From Phormidium sp. (lineage in GTDB: Bacteria; Cyanobacteriota; Cyanobacteriia; Cyanobacteriales; Aerosakkonemataceae): DNA of 64,000 nucleotides. The stretch covers positions 960,001 through 1,024,000 of the forward strand of contig CP143273.1 of NCBI GenBank assembly GCA_051013385.1. Reading direction: 5' to 3'. Of the stretch, positions 48,744-56,602 are shown piece by piece; position 1 is the first letter of the stretch; each line of letters begins with the position of its first letter. A model generated the notes under the pieces. It was not told the DNA's origin and made no database searches. It worked only from the letters and a program-made list of their open reading frames with translations. The translations under genes and the position numbers were made by a program.

Positions 48744-49841
48744 GTGGAGCCAAATTTTCCCGATCTCAATCCTGACAATCCTGGGGTACAGGAATTCATC
48801 CGATATACGCTGTCGCGTCGTCAATTTCTCGCATTAGGGACTGGCGCTTTTGTGGCAACGATCGCCCTTGCAAACTTCACTAAGGAAGCTCAATCTGCCG
48901 CAAAAAGCGATGTTTTTTCTGCCAGCAATTCAATCAAAGGAGAACTAGCAACAATGGATATTCAGCCAACTAATCCTGACTATTTTATTCCCAATCGGTT
49001 TCAAGGAAAAACGATTTTAATTACGGGTGCAGCAACGGGAATTGGTGCTGCAACAGCAATCCGCGCCGCACGAGAAGGTGCCAAAGTGATTGGGGTAGAC
49101 CGCAAGGAAGGTGACTTAAATCAGACAATCAGCAAAATTAAAGCGGAAGGACACAGTGGAATCGCAATTGTAGGGAATGTCGTGGAAACGGCGTTGTGCG
49201 ATCGCATGGTGACAGAAGCAGTAAAAGCCTTTGGTAGCGTCGATTTGGCGCTGAATGCAGCTGGAGTGATGGATGGGGGAGATCCGGCTCAACCTCTAAA
49301 TTTTGACGGTCAACGGAATCTGTTGCCTAATTCAATTCATCTCGCTACCGATGCCTATTGGGATGCGGTGATTGCGACTAATACAACGGGTGTATTTAAG
49401 TCGATGCGGTCAGAACTGCGACAGATGTTAGCACAGGGTAAAGGTGGAGCGATCGTCAATATCGGTTCGATCGCAGGCTTAACCGGATTAGCCGGAAATC
49501 CCGCCTACGTTGCCAGTAAACACGGAGTTACAGGCTTAACGCGAAATGCCGCTCTAGATTATGCGCCCTACGGGATTCGGATCAACTCAGTCAATATGGC
49601 AGCGACAGATACACCGATGGTAGCTAGAGCAGGTGAATTTGTGCAAGCAACGAAAAAGTCTGGAGAAGGTGGCTCAATGGGTGGGCTCAAAATGCAGAGC
49701 ATTCTGTCTGCTGCCGATTCTAAACATCGTTCTGCTACCGTTTGGGAACAAGCAGCGATTATTCTTTTTCTCCTGTCTCCAGATGCTTCTAATTTAACGG
49801 GTTGTACATACGCCACTGATGGTGGTTGGACGGCTTACTAA
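48744..49841 (+). CDS. Short-chain dehydrogenase/reductase with N-terminal twin-arginine signal
   Basis: SRRQFL + hydrophobic helix, TGAATGIG, NAAG, IVNIGS, YVASK, DGGW. Confidence 0.88.
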   Translation: MEPNFPDLNPDNPGVQEFIRYTLSRRQFLALGTGAFVATIALANFTKEAQSAAKSDVFSASNSIKGELATMDIQPTNPDYFIPNRFQGKTILITGAATGIGAATAIRAAREGAKVIGVDRKEGDLNQTISKIKAEGHSGIAIVGNVVETALCDRMVTEAVKAFGSVDLALNAAGVMDGGDPAQPLNFDGQRNLLPNSIHLATDAYWDAVIATNTTGVFKSMRSELRQMLAQGKGGAIVNIGSIAGLTGLAGNPAYVASKHGVTGLTRNAALDYAPYGIRINSVNMAATDTPMVARAGEFVQATKKSGEGGSMGGLKMQSILSAADSKHRSATVWEQAAIILFLLSPDASNLTGCTYATDGGWTAY

Positions 49842-50026
49842 ACAATAAGCTTACGGATTTAAATCACTGATTAACGAGTAGGGTGCGTCAGAGGGTAAAG
49901 CCTTATATAGAAAGGAAAATATCTAAATCTGACGCACCCTACCATAAGACTTTTAAATGCGTAGCTGTCGCTATCCAGGGAGAACCGAAAAGGTGAGATA
50001 TTAGATCGGTATTGCTGAAAATAAAT

Positions 50027-51102
50027 GGCTCTTATCTAAGCTCTGTGATAAATATTTCTAATCAGAAAAGCTACCTAAAAGGCGGGCACGAAAGCTTTCA
50101 AAATTTGTAAAACCGTAACCTTGACGCTCCCATTAGTTTAGCTTTATTGTTGATTCCTTCCATTACACCGCTGGTTGTGCGACTGATAAAGTAATTGCAT
50201 ATTCCTTGATTAACTAACTTCATCACATGAAACCTGTCAATAACTACAGCCGCATTCGGAAAAACTTCTGCAATAACTTTTGGGAAGCCTCCCCACATAT
50301 CTACGCTGACTTCTTCTACTTGCGCCCTCACCTCCAATGGCTGCTGCTTCAAGGCTTCTATAATGTCGTCTTGTTTATGACTATCAATAACTTCTAACAA
50401 ATTTCCTGTCTCGGCATTGGCAATCATTGTGATAAAATCTCTATAACCTTTTCGTTGACTGATTTCATCCATTGTCAGCTTTTTTACTTGTCTCCAGTCT
50501 TTTTTTTTTCGCTACTAATCCGCCGGAATATTAAGTCTACTTCTGCACAACTTAAGCACTCTATTCGGCTAATTTCAGCGACATTTGAACTAAGAACTCT
50601 CTGGTAAATATTCTGTTCATATCTCTTGGTATAGTTTCTTCTTTCGGCTAAAAATTCTATCTTCTCTGTACTATATCTTTGACATTTAGGACAATAAAAT
50701 CTTCGCCGGGGTACTCGTAAGTATACTGGTTTACCGAAGCTGGACAAATCTCTGACTAGTATCTGAGTTGTTTGATGTAATTCTGCTGTGTAATAATTGC
50801 AGTGAGGGCAGTGAGTTCCGCGATTTAACAGCTTCAGATGAAGACAAACGTAACCTTCTACTTCTTGATAACCTTCGACCGTAGTTTCAGCTAAATCTAG
50901 TAAATTATTTAGTAAAGAGGTCATCTTTTTCTACCAGCTTTTGAGTAGTTTAATATCTAATGTACCATTTCTGGTACTTCTACATCTCATGAACATACAG
51001 AAACTCTGGCAAACCCTCCATTAAAGAGGGTTTGCCAGAGTTTCTGTCTTCAATGAAGAGGTGTTGATAAGTTAGATTTATCACAGAGCTTAGGGGAGAG
51101 CC
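50027..51102 (-). mobile_element. ISL3-family insertion sequence, internally deleted
   Basis: Terminal IRs ggctcttatctaagctctgtgataaat / atttatcacagagcttaggggagagcc (24/27 match) enclose transposase fragments. Confidence 0.88.
50058..50924 (-). pseudogene. ISL3 transposase pseudogene
   Basis: Zinc finger CPHC..CPKC, VPRRRF, MDE, SVDMW, DRFHV, EGINNK. Frame change at an A10 run (about 50500), internal deletion after FHVMKLVN, and a +1 shift before RQGYGFTNF. Confidence 0.88.
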
Positions 51103-51166
51103 AAGTACGTTGTTGCGCTTGGGCGCTTTTCTTTAGCACCCAAGCGCAACAACGTGCCTAGAAAAT

Positions 51167-52546
51167 TCAATTGAGGTTTTTATTTAATTTTTGCATTAAA
51201 TTAGGTTCTTCTCCAGAAGAAGGAGAAAGCCGATTATTTTGCCACTGGATGAACTTAATATAATCTCCTTCAAACTGCTCTCCTTTTAACATTCGATTCC
51301 AATAAATCCAAGGTAAAAGAGTTGTTTTCATCTGCCACATAATCCAACGTTCTTTAATTGGATTAAGGGGAAAGCTAGACAGCACTGTTCCAGTATAACC
51401 ATCAAATTCAGCCATGATTGTTTTACCATAGCCAGTAATTAAAGGACAACAAGTATAACCATCATATTTACTTAATAAAGGTTGTGAGTCCATTAAAGCT
51501 AACAAATTTTCGGCTACAATTACTGCTTGTTTGCGTGCTGCTGCTGCTGTCTTGGAAGTAGGCAGGGAAGAAGCATCTCCTAAACTAAATACATTGGGAT
51601 ATTGATTGTGTTGTAACGAATATTTATCTACATCTACCCAACCATAAGGACTATTCGCTACTGCCAAAGGGCTTTTTTTAATAAAGTCAGGGGCGCTTTG
51701 TGGTGGTACAACGTGAATTATTTCGTACTTGTGGGTAACTTCATCCGCTACTGTGCCGTTAGCATCAAAAACATCAAAAACCGCTTCTTTAATTTCCGCT
51801 TTAATTTCTTTCAAATTGTGCCGAAATTTAACATCAATTTCCCGATCGGCAACAACTTTATCTAATAGTGCTGAATATTCTGGCACAGCAAACATTTTAG
51901 TTGCTGGCGTAAGAAACATGACGTTAGTGCGCTGACGAACTCCGAATTTACTGCGGAAGGTGTCATCTGCCATGTACATGATTTTTTGGGGCGCACCGCC
52001 ACATTTAACAGGAGTCTTTGGAAAGGTAAATAAAGCATTTCCACCTGAGAAATTTTTGATTAGTTCCCAAGTGTAAGGTGCGTAATTAGGAGCATAGTTA
52101 CTGGTAACACCATTTTTGCCGATCGCTTCTTTCAACCCTTTAATTAAATGCCAGTCCAGCTGGATGCCGGGACAAACAATTAAATAATCATACTCAACCA
52201 AAATACCCTCTTGGGTCACAACAACATTGTTATCTGGGTCTAGTTTCACTACTCGATCTGCGATCCAAGTCGCTTGTCGAGGAATAAAATCTTTTTTATC
52301 TCTAACTGTATCTTCAATTTGGAATACTCCTCCGCCTGTCATCGTCCAACCAGGTTGGTAGTATTGTTTGTGGGATGGCTCAATAATGGCAATATCTAGA
52401 GATTTGTTTTTTTTCAATAATATAGAGGCGGTGGTAAGTCCGGCAGATCCACCCCCAATAAAAACAATTTGGTGGTGCAGTCTCTTTGTAATGATAAGTG
52501 TTGCAGACGAGGAAGTTTCAGAATCCTGGGAAGTTAATTTTACCAT
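51167..52546 (-). CDS. sqr: Sulfide:quinone oxidoreductase (type II-like)
   Basis: IGGGSAG, YYQPGWT, KCGGAPQK and GYTCCPLITG redox cysteines, GD.S.LPTSKTAAA, AEF. Confidence 0.9.
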   Translation of the reverse strand: MVKLTSQDSETSSSATLIITKRLHHQIVFIGGGSAGLTTASILLKKNKSLDIAIIEPSHKQYYQPGWTMTGGGVFQIEDTVRDKKDFIPRQATWIADRVVKLDPDNNVVVTQEGILVEYDYLIVCPGIQLDWHLIKGLKEAIGKNGVTSNYAPNYAPYTWELIKNFSGGNALFTFPKTPVKCGGAPQKIMYMADDTFRSKFGVRQRTNVMFLTPATKMFAVPEYSALLDKVVADREIDVKFRHNLKEIKAEIKEAVFDVFDANGTVADEVTHKYEIIHVVPPQSAPDFIKKSPLAVANSPYGWVDVDKYSLQHNQYPNVFSLGDASSLPTSKTAAAARKQAVIVAENLLALMDSQPLLSKYDGYTCCPLITGYGKTIMAEFDGYTGTVLSSFPLNPIKERWIMWQMKTTLLPWIYWNRMLKGEQFEGDYIKFIQWQNNRLSPSSGEEPNLMQKLNKNLN

Positions 52547-52757
52547 GAGTAGTTTTTTTGTTATGAGGTTGACGATCGCTAGCTAATAAGGTTCTGGCGC
52601 AATACTGCTCGGGTTTTGGGTAGGGGCGAAGCATTCGGGCGATAACTTTTGGCTCAAACCCTACTAGATTTTCTGCTCCGTTTGCTTCGCCCCTACAAAG
52701 GCAAAAAATACTTAACCGAGCAGTATTCGGTTCTGGCAGGTTCTGTAAATCCATTTA

Positions 52758-52877
52758 CTTAGATCTTGCACCATTCTCAACAAGGCTGAAAAAACCGGGT
52801 TTCTTTATGAAAAATAAGGCTTTCAGGTTTAGCTATTTGCTCACCTCCCAGCTTTTAGCCCTGGTGCAAAATCTAAG
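52758..52877 (+). repeat. MITE-like element (copy A)
   Basis: cttagatcttgcacca ... tggtgcaaaatctaag; homologous to 56439-56559 in inverted orientation. Confidence 0.75.
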
Positions 52878-53004
52878 TTTACGCCCGCTGCCAAGTTTTT
52901 TATTGCTATTGTCAAATTGTAAAACCTAAATTACTATATAGCAATATAAGCAAGCAATAAATTTGCCTTGCCAACAATTTTAGGCCCAAAAGGAGTCTCT
53001 AGAT

Positions 53005-53709
53005 ATGTTATTCCGCCAATTATACGACAATGAAACCAGTACTTATACTTATTTAATTGCTGATGAAAACACCAAAGAAGCAGTTTTGGTAGATCCGGTA
53101 ATTGAGCAAGTCGAACGAGATTTAAAGCTAATTCAAGAATTAGGGTTAAAATTGCGCTATTGTTTGGAAACTCACATTCATGCCGATCATATTACGGGAA
53201 CAGGTAAGTTACGAGAAATCACGGGTTGTGATGGAATAGTGCCAGCAAATGCCCAAGCAGCTTGTGCTAATGGCTTTATTAAAGATGGGGAAGTATTAAA
53301 AGTAGGTAATCTTGAAATTTTGGCGATCGCTACTTTAGGACATACTGATAGCCATAACTCTTACTTAGTCAATCAAAATATATTGCTGACTGGAGATTCT
53401 CTATTTATTCGCGGTTGTGGAAGAACTGATTTTCAAAGCGGAGATCCGGGTTTAATGTACGACCATGTTACGCAAAAACTATTCACCCTACCAAATGAAA
53501 CCTTAGTTTATCCTGGTCATGATTACAGAGGGCATTTAGTTTCCACAATAGGGGAAGAAAAGCAATATAATCCCCGGTTTATTGGTAAAGATCGGGCGAG
53601 TTTTATTGAACAAATGAATAACTTAAATTTGCCGAATCCGAAGAAAATTGCCGAAGCTGTTCCAGCTAATCAAAAATGTGGAAATATCCCGGTAATGGCA
53701 GAAGTTTGA
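53005..53709 (+). CDS. Persulfide dioxygenase (ETHE1-like MBL fold)
   Basis: FRQL.D..TSTYTYL, ETHIHADHITG, GHT, GCGRTDFQ, YPGHDY, STI.EEK..NPR, AVPAN. Confidence 0.92.
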   Translation: MLFRQLYDNETSTYTYLIADENTKEAVLVDPVIEQVERDLKLIQELGLKLRYCLETHIHADHITGTGKLREITGCDGIVPANAQAACANGFIKDGEVLKVGNLEILAIATLGHTDSHNSYLVNQNILLTGDSLFIRGCGRTDFQSGDPGLMYDHVTQKLFTLPNETLVYPGHDYRGHLVSTIGEEKQYNPRFIGKDRASFIEQMNNLNLPNPKKIAEAVPANQKCGNIPVMAEV

Positions 53710-53720
53710 GGATTTAGATC

Positions 53721-54149
53721 GTGGTTAGTGTTAACTGGATTTATGCTTTAATTGGTGGGATTCTTATCGGATTAAGTGCCACCCTATTACTAGCATTTAA
53801 TGGTCGAATTGCTGGTATTAGTGGAATTGTCAATGGTGCGATCGCCTTTAACAAGCAAGAGATTTGGCGGTGGATGTTTATATTGGGTATGTTACTGGGT
53901 GGTATATTTTACGAATATGCACTAGCTCCTCAACCAACTCCCAAGTCTACATTCCTACCTTGGGCGATGATTATTGGCGGTTTTCTAGTTGGTTTTGGTA
54001 CGAGAATGGGTAGTGGTTGCACTAGCGGTCATGGAGTATGCGGATTAGGTAGATTATCTGTGCGATCGCTAGTAGCAGTTTTCACTTTTATGATTACTGC
54101 GATTCTCACAGTTTTTGTTGTCCGTCATGTTCTATATTTAAGTATATGA
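53721..54149 (+). CDS. YeeE/YedE family sulfur transporter subunit
   Basis: GG.LIG, GRIAGISG, GFGTR.GSGCTSGHGVCG. Confidence 0.92.
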   Translation: MVSVNWIYALIGGILIGLSATLLLAFNGRIAGISGIVNGAIAFNKQEIWRWMFILGMLLGGIFYEYALAPQPTPKSTFLPWAMIIGGFLVGFGTRMGSGCTSGHGVCGLGRLSVRSLVAVFTFMITAILTVFVVRHVLYLSI

Positions 54150-54559
54150 AAGAGAAGCTAATAGCCTTGTTTTCAGGAGTGCTATTTGGTTTGGGATTGG
54201 GGCTTTCACAGATGATCGATCGCGATCGTGTGCTGGGTTTTTTAGATGTTGCTGGTGCTTGGGATGCAACATTATTGTTTGTGTTGGGTGGTGCAGTTAC
54301 GGTAACACTAATTAACTTCCGATTTGTATTACGTATGACTCACCCAATATTTGCTGACACATTTAATTTACCCACTAAAAAACATATCGACAAACCTTTA
54401 GTTATTGGTGCTGCTATTTTCGGCATTGGTTGGGGAATTTGTGGATATTGTCCTGGGCCTGGTATCACTGCTTTAGTGTTAGGTAGTTGGAACCAAGTTT
54501 TGTTTTTAGTAGCGTTTATTATAGGTTCCTTAGCTTATAAATACCTCTCTGTTAAATAA
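54146..54559 (+). CDS. YeeE/YedE family sulfur transporter subunit
   Basis: FG.GL..S.M, FLD..G.WD, FGIGWG..GYCPGP; overlaps the previous stop. Confidence 0.92.
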   Translation: MKEKLIALFSGVLFGLGLGLSQMIDRDRVLGFLDVAGAWDATLLFVLGGAVTVTLINFRFVLRMTHPIFADTFNLPTKKHIDKPLVIGAAIFGIGWGICGYCPGPGITALVLGSWNQVLFLVAFIIGSLAYKYLSVK

Positions 54560-54582
54560 TTCTAGCGGTTGATAAAAAGACA

Positions 54583-56352
54583 ATGATTGCACGATCGCAA
54601 CAGCAAAAATGGTTTCATAATTGGAGTCGATTTTTCCCTATTTTAGATTGGAGTTTACACTATCAACGCAAATATTTGGCTGGTGATTTAACAGCTGGAA
54701 TTGTTGTTGGTACTGTCTTGATTCCGCAAGCAATGGCTTATGCTTTGTTAGCAGGTTTACCGCCGCAAATAGGCTTATATGCTAGTATCTTGCCTCCATT
54801 AGTTTATGCGTTTCTTGGCACCAGTCGTCTGATTTCAGTTGCTCCTGTAGCTTTAGATTCACTCATGGTTGGTGCAGCAATTGCTCCATTAGCAGCTGAA
54901 AATACGCCAGAATATTTAGGATTGGCATTGTTGCTGGCGCTAACGATCGGTGCGATCGATATTTTAATGGGTGTCTTTCGGTTAGGATTTTTGGTGAATT
55001 TTCTTAGCCAAGCGGTAATTTCTGGTTTTATTAGTGCAGCTGCGATCGTTATTGCTTTTAGCCAAGTTAAACATTTATTAGGATTAAAGGTTCCGCAAAC
55101 TGAAAGTTTTGTTCAGTTATTAACTTATTTAATTCAAGGAATTACTGCAATTAATTGGGTTACGCTAACTTTAGGCACTGCCAGCATTTTAATGTTGATT
55201 TATTTGCCAAAATGGTTAGGCAAACAACTTCAAAAATTAGAATTTAGTGAATTGGCAATCATGCCAATTACTAAAAGTGCGCCACTTCTCTTAGTAGTTG
55301 CCAGTTCGTTACTAGTTTGGTTTTTCCACCTCGATCAAATTGCTGGAATAAAAGTTGTTGGCGAAATTCCTAAAGGCTTACCATCTTTAACCTTTCCTAG
55401 TCTTAATGCAAATACGATTAATAGTTTAATACCTGCTGCTGTTGCAATCAGTTTTGTGGGTTTTATGGAAGCATATTCAGTTGGGAAATTTTTGGCTAGT
55501 AAGCGACGGCAAAAAGTTGATGCCAATCAAGAGTTTATTGCTTTAGGAGCAGCGAATATTAGTGCAGCTTTAACAGGAGGTTATCCGGTTGCTGGAGGCG
55601 TAAGTCGATCGGGTGTTAACTTTTCTGCTGGTGCTAATACTCCTTTAGCGTCAATAATTACGGCATTAATTGTTGCACTTACGGTGATGTTTTTAACGCC
55701 GTTGTTTTATTTCTTACCTCAAGCTTGTTTAGCGGCAATTATTATAATGGCTGTTAGCAATCTTCTGGATATTGCAACACTGAAACGCTTATGGGTGTAT
55801 AATAAAGCTGATGCGATCGCTTGGATAGCAGCATTTATTGCCGTCCTAGTAACCAGTGTAGAAAAGGGAATTTTATTCGGTGCGATCGTATCAATTCTAT
55901 TGCACTTATGGCGTACTAGTAAACCTCATATTGCCGTTGTTGGTAGAGTGGGAAATACTGAACATTTCCGTAATATTTTGCGTCATAATGTTAAAACTTG
56001 CCCTCATGTTTTAGCTGTTCGGGTTGATGCCAGCCTTTACTTCGTGAATACCAAGTATTTGGAAGATTACTTACTTAAGGTAGTAAACGATCGCCCGGAG
56101 GTGAAACATCTATTATTGGTATGTAGTGCAGTTAATTCGATCGATGGTAGCGCTTTGGAAACACTAAAAAGTTTGATTCTTGACTTAAAGGCTAGGGGAA
56201 TTGAATTTTATATGTCTGAAGTCAAAGGTCCAGTAATCGATGGATTGCTAAAAGTTGGATTTGTAGATGAATTAGGGAAAGATCATATATTCTTAACTAC
56301 CGATCAAGCAATAAAATCATTAGACATGAAAGATGGAGATTGGGAAATATGA
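54583..56352 (+). CDS. SulP (SLC26) anion transporter with STAS domain
   Basis: GD..AG..V....IPQAMAYA.LAGLPP..GLY, NQEF.ALG.AN, SRS.VN; STAS SLYFVN, IDGSA. Confidence 0.93.
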   Translation: MIARSQQQKWFHNWSRFFPILDWSLHYQRKYLAGDLTAGIVVGTVLIPQAMAYALLAGLPPQIGLYASILPPLVYAFLGTSRLISVAPVALDSLMVGAAIAPLAAENTPEYLGLALLLALTIGAIDILMGVFRLGFLVNFLSQAVISGFISAAAIVIAFSQVKHLLGLKVPQTESFVQLLTYLIQGITAINWVTLTLGTASILMLIYLPKWLGKQLQKLEFSELAIMPITKSAPLLLVVASSLLVWFFHLDQIAGIKVVGEIPKGLPSLTFPSLNANTINSLIPAAVAISFVGFMEAYSVGKFLASKRRQKVDANQEFIALGAANISAALTGGYPVAGGVSRSGVNFSAGANTPLASIITALIVALTVMFLTPLFYFLPQACLAAIIIMAVSNLLDIATLKRLWVYNKADAIAWIAAFIAVLVTSVEKGILFGAIVSILLHLWRTSKPHIAVVGRVGNTEHFRNILRHNVKTCPHVLAVRVDASLYFVNTKYLEDYLLKVVNDRPEVKHLLLVCSAVNSIDGSALETLKSLILDLKARGIEFYMSEVKGPVIDGLLKVGFVDELGKDHIFLTTDQAIKSLDMKDGDWEI

Positions 56353-56438
56353 GTAGACCGAAAACTTTTGTAAGTTGACGAAACCATAAGGGTTTGGGGC
56401 GACGTTTTTGGGACTCTCTTGCGCTCTTGCGATCGCAA

Positions 56439-56559
56439 CTCAGATCTTGCACCCGGGCTAAAAACCGGGTTTCTTGCAAATAGCTAAATCTGAAAGCCCA
56501 GATTTTTCGTTCATAACCCGGTTTGTCAAGTCTTGTTGAGAATGGTGCTCTTATCTCAG
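56439..56559 (-). repeat. MITE-like element (copy B)
   Basis: ctcagatcttgcacc ... ggtgctcttatctcag; its reverse complement aligns with 52758-52877. Confidence 0.75.
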
Positions 56560-56602
56560 GCAAGAGAGACTATCTACAAACCTGGTTCATTTCTTTAACT
56601 TG

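Noticed and set aside
56352..56425. Sequence reminiscent of a cyanobacterial CRISPR leader (minus strand cgccccaaacccttatggtttcg)
   Set aside because: Short resemblance from memory only; no repeat-spacer unit follows.
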